Shown here piece after piece: positions 47,001 through 56,015 of a stretch of DNA of 64,000 nt. Location of the stretch: the IMG/VR virus record IMGVR_UViG_3300023174_000040, positions 259,268 to 323,267 of that record. One strand, written 5' to 3'. A model generated the notes under the pieces. It was given only the letters and a program-made list of their open reading frames with translations, was not told the origin of the DNA and searched no databases. The translations under genes were made by a program, and so were the position numbers. The stretch's first letter is position 1, and the number at the start of each line of letters is the position of its first letter.

Positions 47001-47296
47001 GCGGGACCCCGTCCCTAGAGTCGGTTTTGGCCTATGGCTTCGGAACATGGGCGGGATACAATGGAAAGGCAAATTTCCGCATAATATACGGTTATGACAA
47101 CAATATGGATATGACTGCGTGGGTGGAATTCTTTGAGTCTCTGGGCGATGGCACCGCCGGCGGAAGTAAGAATTACATCAATGCGTTGACAAGCGGATGC
47201 ACGGTACAAGATGCAATCAACTATATGATAAACAACCACGTCTCCTGGGAGATGGGCGACGTGGGATGGTATATAGAAACGGGGAGCGACTGCTAA
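44012..47296 (+). CDS. Large fibre/adhesin with LamG domain, Gly-rich beta-helix and LRR-like C-terminus
   Basis: GRGDFTIE...HVAMTR...GYLREFRVVKG; LQTLNLSG/LRNLSYIDISNN. Confidence 0.75.
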   Translation: MANLEQYTPIYIKSSGNDSTGDGSSGNPYLTAQKAFEVAYAGTGLKVLDFTEGNFGGVNLNGFSDWPSRIAVRGVDSQSSVLGGIIGASKKISIISDKTVEIGEISGGSTVLTDCKAGKVNSASISLIDSDVVGLNSSRTSCSGKAKGLGGGNILGPSRTEKVSLLLHMGGSRENIATFTDYSIDTKNIKVKGNTRIITGVYTCNGSSWPHCGYFPPPAQQSCFFDGNGSYLETKEEKDFGFGRGDFTIESKIYIPYDSWGTTGTIFNLGGGIKLRTYGAESLVIDGETYNWYPGDNIPIDQEVHVAMTRKGGEFNIFVNGERVFQLTGVSVDLGRSNILRIGAGEEDGMEAFYLYGYLREFRVVKGRAVYSGEFLPPTEALSVIVEDHPSLDSRTLYFNNIANDNSWTNLNNWWSDEACTVHSSSLPGEHDKVVVRGAAFDGINVTVRKLTMFADGNIPSHTSFKNSTINARNGIFAITTGAGYVESGGSGFASTCALNGNVFFFESDATQGTMSAQVDGNLTVGGCDVGVNVYVSGSVIVKGDCTNFGHVGKNLIVELGGFGNGNGAVHPTIEGNAIFIGGRGLVATADGSPSPGNWGAINGNAEFYLGAVNAGNVYGKAYFHDSSNGGTLHNGATFVSTVGGAAMNWLRDENGEGSGAFGLINGTTKIYGAGYVGGSGSFFDDVHLYDGVILTNTFKPPLIEGNIYCHDNSTLGSVACPSDVYFYDNSHGNMSYSPGLNSDWLLATYGTPDWEGWSEGQYRPINGYDPPNLRSDFYVGSCALYGNSTLGDFLVLNDLTLNGESGMTQYNVTATTGGDQGLRHGVLESGTRVEGRIICNTTGDCYPDILSLTVNAGHTGYKTFIVGGCSYVNVKINGNISTIEGSSVDLSYIINQFELTGFLNITIQPCSMDGNPTWERITSFITYQALNFITGVGSLRGMNRIGTLDLINIQNPELDVLSLKSLQTLNLSGPNIASVNVSGLRNLSYIDISNNGGTPSLESVLAYGFGTWAGYNGKANFRIIYGYDNNMDMTAWVEFFESLGDGTAGGSKNYINALTSGCTVQDAINYMINNHVSWEMGDVGWYIETGSDC

Positions 47297-47985
47297 TGAA
47301 CTACTTCAAGACACCAAGCAACAAATACCTCGCCTTTATCCCTAGGTCGGGAAGCACAAGTTTCGCAAGGGCCATAGTAACCCAATTCTATCCGGAACTC
47401 CTTCCGAGGCTCGAGAAAAAACATCCTAACAAAACGGATCCAAAGCCCCAGTTCATCTGCCCGTCCAGCAGCTTTCCTGACGGGGACGCCTATGCCCTCA
47501 TAAGGGACCCGGTGGAAAGGTTCAGGAGCGGATTTTCAAGGGCAAATTTCGGAAGGACCGTGGACGAGGTGATAGAAGACCTTTTCAAGGGCGAATGCAT
47601 AATGAACGTTCACATCGAACCGCAGAGCAACAGGATAAAACACCAAAAGGACATAAAGTGCTTCAAGTTCCCAGAGGGAATAAACGCACTTTCGGAGGCA
47701 CTTGGGATGACGCCACCCGAGCAGGAAAATGAAAGCGAGGACGGCGAGAAGCCGAATCTCACGCAGAAGCAAATAGACAATTTAAGAAAATACTATTTTA
47801 AGGACGTGGAACTGTATGAGAATGCGAGTGTAGAATACACACCAACCACAACAGAACCAACCACAACAGAACCAACCACAACAGAACCAACCACAACAGA
47901 ACCAACCACAACAGAACCAACCACAACAGAACCAACAAACATTAATGATGAAGTGGATATGCCCAGATTATTTAAAGGAAAATAA
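47296..47985 (+). CDS. Sulfotransferase (family-2-like) with a (PTTTE)6 tail
   Basis: FIPRSGSTS 5'-PSB loop; IRDPVERFRSG 3'-PB; HIEPQ; TAATG overlap. Confidence 0.75.
   Translation: MNYFKTPSNKYLAFIPRSGSTSFARAIVTQFYPELLPRLEKKHPNKTDPKPQFICPSSSFPDGDAYALIRDPVERFRSGFSRANFGRTVDEVIEDLFKGECIMNVHIEPQSNRIKHQKDIKCFKFPEGINALSEALGMTPPEQENESEDGEKPNLTQKQIDNLRKYYFKDVELYENASVEYTPTTTEPTTTEPTTTEPTTTEPTTTEPTTTEPTNINDEVDMPRLFKGK
47841..47930 (+). repeat. Perfect 15-nt tandem repeat x6 (ACCAACCACAACAGA)
   Basis: Read directly. Confidence 0.95.
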
Positions 47986-47987
47986 AA

Positions 47988-48278
47988 ATGAAACTACAAA
48001 ATCCAATCACAATAAACATGCCCGACGTAGTGTTAAAAAATGGAAGAAAAAGAAGTATTCCTCCTTTAGTTTTAAAAGAATTAAATATTACAATAATTGA
48101 TAATGAAAATCAAAAAATAGCTAAGGCATCAATACCTCCACTTAAAAAACAAATAGTGTTATGGGAAAATGATTCCTATACTACTGCTGGTGATTATACT
48201 CAAGCACAAGTTGAAGCAAGATTATTGGAAATATTGGGCGATAACCCAACAGTAGTTTTAGAGAATTATTTTAAATAA
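47988..48278 (+). CDS. Putative fibre chaperone/accessory protein (paralog of 43729-44001)
   Basis: VLWENDSYTTAGDYTQAQVEARLLEILG. Confidence 0.6.
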   Translation: MKLQNPITINMPDVVLKNGRKRSIPPLVLKELNITIIDNENQKIAKASIPPLKKQIVLWENDSYTTAGDYTQAQVEARLLEILGDNPTVVLENYFK

Positions 48279-48280
48279 TA

Positions 48281-48955
48281 TTAAAAATAATTATAGAGAT
48301 TTATAACACCATTTTTAACAGTCAAATAATTGCAAGGTAATTCCGTCCAACTTCCGCTATTATAATAACCTGTGTGGGGTTTAGAGTTTGCATAATGCAC
48401 ATGTCCGCAACAAACAACATTGCAGCCTATTTTCTTCATATGTTCAATAGACTTTTTTTCTATGATCTCAGCATTTCTCATAAAAGTTTTACTACTTTTT
48501 TTTGCAAGCTTTGCAAGATAAAAACTTTTATCTATTTTTTGTATCAATTTATAAATTTTATCAGCAAAGTAAACTAACATTGGTTGATTGGATATCACGC
48601 TATCGAATCGGTCTCCATGGAGAACAAGTATCTTTTTATCTCCACTATAAAGAATATATTCTTCTAAAAATTCCACTCCTAATAAATGAGATATAACTTC
48701 TGCTGGCCCGTCATGATTTCCTGCTACCCAAATTATATTAACTTTTTTTGAAAGTTTTCTTATGTAAGATAAAACCCTCCAGTGACTTTTCTTTAATTTT
48801 CTAAAGTCCCAACTATCGAATAAATCTCCATTTAAAATAATAGATTTTGTAGGATTCGTTCCATCCTCAATCGTAGCAAAAAAACTTATCAATTTTTTAG
48901 CTTGACAGACATCACTGCCTAAATGAATATCGCTTATTATAATCGCATCATTCAT
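48281..48955 (-). CDS. Metallophosphoesterase, LpxH (UDP-2,3-diacylglucosamine hydrolase)-like
   Basis: SDIHLG, GDLFD, GNHD, HGD, GHVH, NSGSW. Confidence 0.85.
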   Translation of the reverse strand: MNDAIIISDIHLGSDVCQAKKLISFFATIEDGTNPTKSIILNGDLFDSWDFRKLKKSHWRVLSYIRKLSKKVNIIWVAGNHDGPAEVISHLLGVEFLEEYILYSGDKKILVLHGDRFDSVISNQPMLVYFADKIYKLIQKIDKSFYLAKLAKKSSKTFMRNAEIIEKKSIEHMKKIGCNVVCCGHVHYANSKPHTGYYNSGSWTELPCNYLTVKNGVINLYNYF

Positions 48956-49016
48956 ATAAGTAGATATTAATAATTTTGTTATTTTTTATGTTTGAATTTT
49001 TAATATATAAAGTACT

Positions 49017-49424
49017 ATGAAAAATTTTAAAGAATGGCTAATAAACGAAGAAAAAGACGCTTGTTATTATAAGGTTAAAAGTAGATATTCAGTTTTTCCA
49101 TCTGCATATTCGTCAGGCGCATTGGTCCAGTGTAGAAAAAAAGGAGCCAAAAATTGGGGCAACTCAAAAAATGAAAATCTTGAAGAATCAATTTTCAATA
49201 AAGAAAAAGAACAGGGACTTCATGGTTGGTTCAGCAGAAAAACAGGTGGATGGATAGATTGTAAGGCTAGTAAAAAAGGAAAATTAGTACCTTGTGGAAG
49301 AAAAAAAACAGGCAAAGGAACAGAAAGAGAATATCCTGCGTGCCGACCTGTTTTATCAGCCTGTAATAAAAATAAAAATAAAAAAAAATCAAGTAAAAGA
49401 ATTTCATGGAAAGGCGAGAAATAG
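49017..49424 (+). CDS. Basic Cys-containing protein of a type seen in T4-like phages; candidate internal protein
   Basis: MKNFKEWLINE; DACYYKVKSRY...PSAYSSGALVQCRK. Confidence 0.7.
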   Translation: MKNFKEWLINEEKDACYYKVKSRYSVFPSAYSSGALVQCRKKGAKNWGNSKNENLEESIFNKEKEQGLHGWFSRKTGGWIDCKASKKGKLVPCGRKKTGKGTEREYPACRPVLSACNKNKNKKKSSKRISWKGEK

Positions 49425-49433
49425 GTTTTTTAA

Positions 49434-50654
49434 ATGGCGAACATTGTTTTTAGTGATCCTTTTAATTTAAGAGCGAGATACGGTGCACCCAATTCTTTAT
49501 CCTGGGATCAGAGAAATTTAGATTACATAGCAAAAATTGAATCAGCGAGAAACTACAAAGTATCATCGGCATCTCAAACCGCACCAGGAACACAAAACAG
49601 ATCAAACTACACCAGTTGCGTAGACAATTATCATTGTTTCTGGAATGGGGTAGGATGGACAGTAATACCAGCATGCTCATCCAGTTGGATAGGAGGTATG
49701 ACCTTAATGCAAGTCACTCCCACTCCCACAGTGACAAAAACAAGTACTCCAACTTTAACTCCAACTAAAACGCCTACTCCTACTTTAACAAATACTCCTA
49801 CACCAACCAATACTAAAACATTAACTCCAACTAAAACTTCCACCCCCACTTTAACACCAACCAGAACTTCCACTCCCACCCCAACATCAACCCCAACATT
49901 AACTCCTACCAAAACAAGCACACCCACATTAACCAGCACTCCTACTCTAACAATAGCTCCTCCAGCAATAGTGGAAGCATCCTTGCCATTCTATGATGAT
50001 TTCAACAGACAAAATAACCCTTACATATCAGGTTATTGGCGTGAACGCATAGGAAATTTTATAATATCTAATAATTCTGCGGTGGGCGTGGATCCATCCA
50101 TCTCTTTAATGACACTTAATGGAATAAGAGAAAAAGATTCTTTTATTAGTTGTTATGTGGATTTAATAAATTCATCGATACCTACGGGAGCAGCAAGATC
50201 ATATATGCCTGTGGGTTCAGGAGGAGGAATTATAACTAGATATACAGCCGATCCATATGGAGTATTTGGTGATGGGTATATGTATTTGGGAATGATTGCA
50301 AAAAATGGAACTACATATTACGGTCAAATATGGTCCAACAATGGATCATGGTCATTACTAAGTTCATCACCAATAAATTCTACAAACACCGTAGGCGTAC
50401 TAGCTTTTAAAACATTGGGAAGTTCTTTAACACTGTATTTTAATAATACACAAATAGTTTCTGTCATTAATACAAGCATCCCAGGATATGGTGGTATAGG
50501 CATAAGGGCTTTGGGCGCCAATTGTATTTTCGACAACATGCAGGTTAGTTCAATATCAAATTATAATAGATCTAGAGATATTGATCAAAATTATATTAAT
50601 TGGGGATTATTAAGAATGATAAATCAAAATAATATTTCAGGATGGGGTGAATAA
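49434..50654 (+). CDS. Virion-like protein with a long (TP)n linker and lectin-like beta-sandwich
   Basis: ~80-aa Thr/Pro tract; FYDDFNR...N..G..W start of a concanavalin-like domain. Confidence 0.7.
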   Translation: MANIVFSDPFNLRARYGAPNSLSWDQRNLDYIAKIESARNYKVSSASQTAPGTQNRSNYTSCVDNYHCFWNGVGWTVIPACSSSWIGGMTLMQVTPTPTVTKTSTPTLTPTKTPTPTLTNTPTPTNTKTLTPTKTSTPTLTPTRTSTPTPTSTPTLTPTKTSTPTLTSTPTLTIAPPAIVEASLPFYDDFNRQNNPYISGYWRERIGNFIISNNSAVGVDPSISLMTLNGIREKDSFISCYVDLINSSIPTGAARSYMPVGSGGGIITRYTADPYGVFGDGYMYLGMIAKNGTTYYGQIWSNNGSWSLLSSSPINSTNTVGVLAFKTLGSSLTLYFNNTQIVSVINTSIPGYGGIGIRALGANCIFDNMQVSSISNYNRSRDIDQNYINWGLLRMINQNNISGWGE

Positions 50655-50655
50655 C

Positions 50656-53202
50656 ATGAAAGAAAAAATATATAATTTAGTATTAAAAGACATAAAAGAT
50701 AAGACTTCATTCTTAGATGACATGAAAAAAGACTCGGGAGATGAATATATTCCGGAAAAAAAATGTTTAGCTTTAAATAACACAAATTTACAAAGAAGAG
50801 TTTTATCTTTTAGATTAACAGAAGAAGAAGCAGAAAAACTTGAAAAAGATCCAAGAGTGGAAGCAATTCAACAGAAAATCCCTTATAAAATAAAACCCCT
50901 GATTCTAGATCCTGGTCGTGATTATGGTGAAGAAAAAAATATAAGAATGCAAGCTGCGCCGTCAGATGCAGTAGCAGCAATCTACAGAATACCAACAGGA
51001 GAAGATGTAGATGTTGTTGTAGTAGATGGACACATAGACCCAAATAATCCAGAGTTTGCATTAAGAAAAGATGGAACAGGCGGAAGCAGAGTAAACCAAA
51101 TAGATTGGTTCAATGTTTTATATCCATATGGGGTTCCGGATAATTTCCGGCCATATGAAAAATACAATTATGAACCATATGTAAATCCAGACAATTATCT
51201 AGAAACAGAAGATAACAATCACGGTGCTCATGTAGGAGGAACAATAGCTGGAAATACTCAGGGTTGGGCACCAAAAGCAAATATATATAACATATCACCA
51301 TATCACGCAGAGATGGTCGACGGCCGAGATTGGAGGTCAGATGGTCCGCATGATCTATATTTACATGCTATTAAAGTCTGGCACGAAAATAAACCAGTAA
51401 ATATTAAAAAAGGAACAAAAAATCCCACTATAACAAATCATAGCTACGGGGTTGGCATTGGTGGAATTGATGTCAGAAATATTATAGACGTAACATACAG
51501 AGGCGTAAAATATACTTCTACAAGAAATTATTCTGGGGCCAAGGCAACAACAACTGTTAATTCTGGTAAAGTTATTTCTGGGACCATTACAAATCAGGGA
51601 ACAAATTACACAAATGAACCAACAGTGTCATTTTATGGGGGAGGACAAGCCAGAGCAAAAGCACCAGTCGGAAATGGAACAATATATGAAATAACAATAA
51701 CCGATCCTGGGGAGGGGTATCCTTGCGCTCGCTGCGAGCGATATCCAACTTCATGGGTTGAGTGGGTTCCGATAACATTCAGCCCTGCTCCTGCGGGAGG
51801 TCAAACGGCAATAGGTAGAGGATCGATTAGGATGGTTGAGGGGTCGGGAATTTATTATATAGAGATGCAAAACAGGGGAAGTGGTTATACTACTCCTCCT
51901 ACTATAACTTTCCCTCCTCCTCCAAATGGAGGAAGAACAGCAAAGGCAACATGTAAAATAAAGTCTGGGGTTTTGAATGAACCCATTGTCAATAACGGAG
52001 GATCGGGGTATTTAAATTTTCCAGAAGTTATATTAAGCGGAGGAAATCCTTCCACCCCAGCTCAAATAAGCATACTAGCCTTTGAGGATAATCATAAAGA
52101 TGGTGATTTGAGCACAATTAAAAACGGTGATGTTTTTATAGAATATTACGGTGAACCAACTTATAAAATAGTTCAAGATAATATAAATGGAACAATATAT
52201 GAAAGATATGTTGTTGAAAGTATAAAATACACCTGGTCGTGCGGAGAAGGCTACACCTCCGATCCAATTGTTAGCTTTTATGGCGGAAATTCTGTGGTGG
52301 ATGGAGTTAAAACCGGGAATAAGGTAGAGGCAAGAGCGATTCTGGGTACCGGGGCTAATCAAGGAAAAATTATAGGATTAAATATAACATATCAAGGTTC
52401 AGGCTATACCTCACCACCAAATGTGGTATTTACAAATGGAGGAGGGTTTTCAAAAGAACAATTAAATAATTTTGGATTAATATCTTATGCTTACTCGGAT
52501 CCATTGATGCAAGGTAAAAGATTCATAGACATAGGAATAAGAACTATTACTATGGAAGCAGATTTAACAGACCTGATGAATTCTGGAGTAGTTGTTGTAG
52601 GGGCGGCGGGCAATAATTCCACCAAAATAGATGTGCCAGGAGGACCGGATTATGACAATAAACTAAATGTGGTAGTCCCAGGATTTGGTTGGTATCTACC
52701 AGAAGGAGTGGACCCAATATATTTTACTGAATTCATGTATGAGACGTATTATCACAGAGGATCAAGTCCAACGGCTTGCCCAAATGTAATTAGCGTAGGA
52801 TCTTTAAGTAGATTGGTAGCAGAAACAAAAAATACTTGGAGCAATACAGGACCCAGAGTAGATGTTTATTCACCTGGGGATATGATAGCTTCAACGACAC
52901 ACAGTATTTTTCCCGGATATCCAAGTATTCCTGATATTAGAAGTATCGGAAAACCAATTACATACTATGTGTCAAAATTAAGCGGAACAAGCATGGCTAG
53001 TCCACAAGTATGTGGCATGATAGCATCCCACGCCACAACCAACAGAAATATAAATCAATTAACTGCGATTGAATTTATCAGAAATACCTCCAGAAATACT
53101 GTTAATGATACAGGAGGTAGCTATTCTGATCTCACCTCTTTATTGGGAGGGGCCAACAGATCTGCCTATTTTCCAAATATAAGTTATACCTTGTATAGTT
53201 AA
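50656..53202 (+). CDS. Subtilisin-like (S8) serine protease with inserted structural repeats
   Basis: VVVVDG, HGAHVGGTIAG, AAGN, GTSMASPQV. Confidence 0.9.
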   Translation: MKEKIYNLVLKDIKDKTSFLDDMKKDSGDEYIPEKKCLALNNTNLQRRVLSFRLTEEEAEKLEKDPRVEAIQQKIPYKIKPLILDPGRDYGEEKNIRMQAAPSDAVAAIYRIPTGEDVDVVVVDGHIDPNNPEFALRKDGTGGSRVNQIDWFNVLYPYGVPDNFRPYEKYNYEPYVNPDNYLETEDNNHGAHVGGTIAGNTQGWAPKANIYNISPYHAEMVDGRDWRSDGPHDLYLHAIKVWHENKPVNIKKGTKNPTITNHSYGVGIGGIDVRNIIDVTYRGVKYTSTRNYSGAKATTTVNSGKVISGTITNQGTNYTNEPTVSFYGGGQARAKAPVGNGTIYEITITDPGEGYPCARCERYPTSWVEWVPITFSPAPAGGQTAIGRGSIRMVEGSGIYYIEMQNRGSGYTTPPTITFPPPPNGGRTAKATCKIKSGVLNEPIVNNGGSGYLNFPEVILSGGNPSTPAQISILAFEDNHKDGDLSTIKNGDVFIEYYGEPTYKIVQDNINGTIYERYVVESIKYTWSCGEGYTSDPIVSFYGGNSVVDGVKTGNKVEARAILGTGANQGKIIGLNITYQGSGYTSPPNVVFTNGGGFSKEQLNNFGLISYAYSDPLMQGKRFIDIGIRTITMEADLTDLMNSGVVVVGAAGNNSTKIDVPGGPDYDNKLNVVVPGFGWYLPEGVDPIYFTEFMYETYYHRGSSPTACPNVISVGSLSRLVAETKNTWSNTGPRVDVYSPGDMIASTTHSIFPGYPSIPDIRSIGKPITYYVSKLSGTSMASPQVCGMIASHATTNRNINQLTAIEFIRNTSRNTVNDTGGSYSDLTSLLGGANRSAYFPNISYTLYS

Positions 53203-55709
53203 CCGTCTATAGAGTAGTCTGGATTTTCACTATCCATTTCTGTTTCATAATCCTTTATTTCTAGACCGTATTTTTCAACATCCTGCTTATCTGGTTCTGG
53301 GAGGGGTTTGGCATTATTATCCTCTGAGGTTTCCTCCTCAGATGGAGCGGGCTCTTCTTGAGGAGTTTCAGTTTCAGTTTCTCCACTATCTTCGGAAGGA
53401 GCCTCTAAATTTTGTGCGGGGCCGCCAGGGACTGCGGATAACTCAGTTTCATCTCCGTTATTTTCTTGAGGAATGCCCACCCCCAATAATTGAGGATTTT
53501 GAGATAAAACTTGAATCTTTAATTCTTCTAGTTTTTGAATCTTTAATCTACTAAGCATCTCAGAAGTTTCTTGATCATTGTATTGAAGCCACTGAGTGTA
53601 AATATCATAATCGCTCATTAAATTTGCTGTTTTAAGTTGTGTGGCAACATTTAATCTAGAATTAACAACTTCAGCTCTACTTAATTCTCTCCAATCGCTT
53701 GGAGGAGTCATTTTTATTTTAAGGTCTTTATAGAGTTCTTGCGGAAATCCACGAAGATATAGATGCCTATCTGCTATATCATAGAGGCAATCTTCAAAAG
53801 AAGATTGTAATCTCTCAATCATTCTTGCAAATTTAACATCCTGAGCAGATAAAGTCATTCTTGTAGCATTGACATCTTCTCCACTAAAATAACTTTTTGG
53901 GAAATTCAAACTAACAAAAAGTTTATTTCTAAAATAAACTGCGTCGTCAACTTCACCTAAATTTTGAGCACCAGGAAGAGTTTCTATTCTTGTGTTGCTG
54001 CCCGGTCTTAATGGCAACCAATAGTCTTCATCCACTGCGGGTGGTTGCCACCTTTCATCAACTTGATTAACGCTAGATCCGCTGCCCATGGCCACTTTTC
54101 TTTTTCTAAACTGGTCTTTCATTCTTTCAATTAGACTATCAACTTTAAATGGCGGTAATTGACCAACATCTACATAAAACACTCTTCTCTCAGGTGCTCT
54201 AGCAAGTCTATATGTGACCATGGCATCTTCCATCAATCTTAATTGATGAGCAGGGCTTCTGGCTGGTTCTATCAAGCTAACTCCATAAGGATAAAATAAT
54301 TTTCTATCTTCTCCTATTCTGAAGTGCACAATTTGATTTAAGTTGAATCTTATGGCAGTGGATTTTTGAAGATCGAAATTATCTTGACCCAAAGGTATAG
54401 GGTTCATCAAAGCACTATAGTCCGGTCCTTCTTTACTCTGTTGGAATTCTATTAATTTACCCCGGATAGTTTCTATACGATACATAGTTTCTGCCGGCAA
54501 GGATATAGCCTTGTACAATCCATCCTCAGGATTGTCCGGATCTATTATGAGTTCTAAGAAGTGATCTCCATTCACACAAAGATTCTTAAACCAGCTCCAC
54601 CCATTTTTATTTATATTCAACATCTGTCGATGGAAGAATAAAAATTCTAATTCTTTTCTGATCTCTTCATTTGATATCTCTAGTTTACATATATTGCCTT
54701 CTGTATCTTTTTGGCAATTGTGCAAAACCACACTATCTGTGCAAAAGCACTTGTGTTTTTCTACACTTATATCATATACATTTTCTTCTGTTTCATTTTT
54801 GAAAACACCTATAACTCTGCGGCGGTCTTGTTTCCTGCTTAATCTATGAACTTCAGTGGTAGTGAACCCAATCCTCTTTAGATTAGCAATTACACCCGGA
54901 ACTGTCATTCCAATCAACTCACATGTTTTATTTAAAGCCAATCCTTTACTTAACATATGAAGTATTTTTGATGTCTTTTTATTTTCTTCTTCTACTTTTC
55001 CTGTTCGCCATTCATCAACGAACATTCTCTCGTGAGTCCAACCTTTGTTGTATGTAAATACTCTGGGGAACTGATTTTTATTTAATTTAGTTTGATAATT
55101 ATTTACAGGCAATCTATAGAATGCCATGAGTGTGTCTCCTTCTTTCAAGGAGCCTGTTTCCACCCAATCCCCATTTCGATTTAGAACTTTGTGATCACTA
55201 GTAGCTGTGAATTTGCTTCCATCATCCAATATTATGGTTATTGTTTTCTCTTTCTTAACCAATCTTGGATTATATGCCCAGCCAAGGGTATAATCTTTAG
55301 AAATTTCATCGTAGCAATAAACTAGAAATCTTTCATCTGGACTATTTTTTACCAAGTCTTCAATTTTTTTAAGTCCAAAAGGAGTGCTTATTTCTGTGTT
55401 TCCGCTAACACATGCTTCATCGGATATTACCGTAACAACAGTTTCTATCTCGGGTAGATTTCTAAGCCTCTCATATTCCTTGTATCTAGCAGTTCTATTC
55501 GTTAGGGTGGTTATATCGATCATATCGTTTGTTTGACGATATGCCATCAGTCCACCTGGATTATTAACTACATCATCACCGGCAAATGTCTGCAGGGCAT
55601 CCGCTTGAGCGATGCCTGCCCCAGTAAGATTTTTAGTATCTTGTACCTTAGAACTTGGATCCTTTTGGAAACCAAATGTAAACAATTTAAAATAGTCTGA
55701 CCATGCCAT
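53199..55709 (-). CDS. gp20: Portal protein (T4 gp20-like) containing an intein
   Basis: YGVSLIEPA, LRLMEDAMVTYRLARAPERRVFYVDVG, EDYWLP, IETLPGAQNLG. Confidence 0.95.
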   Translation of the reverse strand: MAWSDYFKLFTFGFQKDPSSKVQDTKNLTGAGIAQADALQTFAGDDVVNNPGGLMAYRQTNDMIDITTLTNRTARYKEYERLRNLPEIETVVTVISDEACVSGNTEISTPFGLKKIEDLVKNSPDERFLVYCYDEISKDYTLGWAYNPRLVKKEKTITIILDDGSKFTATSDHKVLNRNGDWVETGSLKEGDTLMAFYRLPVNNYQTKLNKNQFPRVFTYNKGWTHERMFVDEWRTGKVEEENKKTSKILHMLSKGLALNKTCELIGMTVPGVIANLKRIGFTTTEVHRLSRKQDRRRVIGVFKNETEENVYDISVEKHKCFCTDSVVLHNCQKDTEGNICKLEISNEEIRKELEFLFFHRQMLNINKNGWSWFKNLCVNGDHFLELIIDPDNPEDGLYKAISLPAETMYRIETIRGKLIEFQQSKEGPDYSALMNPIPLGQDNFDLQKSTAIRFNLNQIVHFRIGEDRKLFYPYGVSLIEPARSPAHQLRLMEDAMVTYRLARAPERRVFYVDVGQLPPFKVDSLIERMKDQFRKRKVAMGSGSSVNQVDERWQPPAVDEDYWLPLRPGSNTRIETLPGAQNLGEVDDAVYFRNKLFVSLNFPKSYFSGEDVNATRMTLSAQDVKFARMIERLQSSFEDCLYDIADRHLYLRGFPQELYKDLKIKMTPPSDWRELSRAEVVNSRLNVATQLKTANLMSDYDIYTQWLQYNDQETSEMLSRLKIQKLEELKIQVLSQNPQLLGVGIPQENNGDETELSAVPGGPAQNLEAPSEDSGETETETPQEEPAPSEEETSEDNNAKPLPEPDKQDVEKYGLEIKDYETEMDSENPDYSIDG
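54717..55412 (-). mobile_element. Intein (232 aa, residues 100-331) in the portal
   Basis: DEA|CVSGNT block A; TSDHKV block B; VYDISV block F; VLHN|C block G. Confidence 0.92.
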
Positions 55710-55796
55710 AATGTAATATAGTTATTGGTTTTACGGTAAAAAATAAGAGCAAAAATTGAAAAAAATCGACTCTATTACATAATAAAGTAAAAACTC

Positions 55797-56015
55797 ATGA
55801 AAATTCAAGAAGATTGCTACTTTTATATAGACGAAAACACGGCAAAAGAAAAAAAGATAATGAGTGTTTTATGCGTTAATTGTCATGAAAAGAATCCGTT
55901 GGGCTGGTATTGGCCTGGAAAACTTAAGGGTTACGGACATTTTAATGTTAGCTGTACAGCTTGTAATGCTTTTGTAAATAAAATAGAAGAAGATGAAAGG
56001 CCAAATGAAATCTAG
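55797..56015 (+). CDS. Small zinc-ribbon protein
   Basis: CVNC...CTAC. Confidence 0.6.
   Translation: MKIQEDCYFYIDENTAKEKKIMSVLCVNCHEKNPLGWYWPGKLKGYGHFNVSCTACNAFVNKIEEDERPNEI

Noticed and set aside
40939-47296. Diversity-generating retroelement acting on the adhesins
   Set aside because: No reverse transcriptase and no near-identical TR/VR pair differing at adenines; the similarity is only at protein level
44199-47772. Many antisense and alternative-frame ORFs in the high-GC cassette
   Set aside because: Expected shadows of GC-richer coding DNA; no RBS or motifs
47841-47930. Tandem arrays as possible CRISPR (also 60553-60681 and 17053-17139)
   Set aside because: Head-to-tail repeats with no spacers, in frame within CDSs
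49631-49939. (VG)n and (RWFSS)n ORFs (also 36162-36455 and 60541-60726)
   Set aside because: Antisense translations of Thr/Pro repeats
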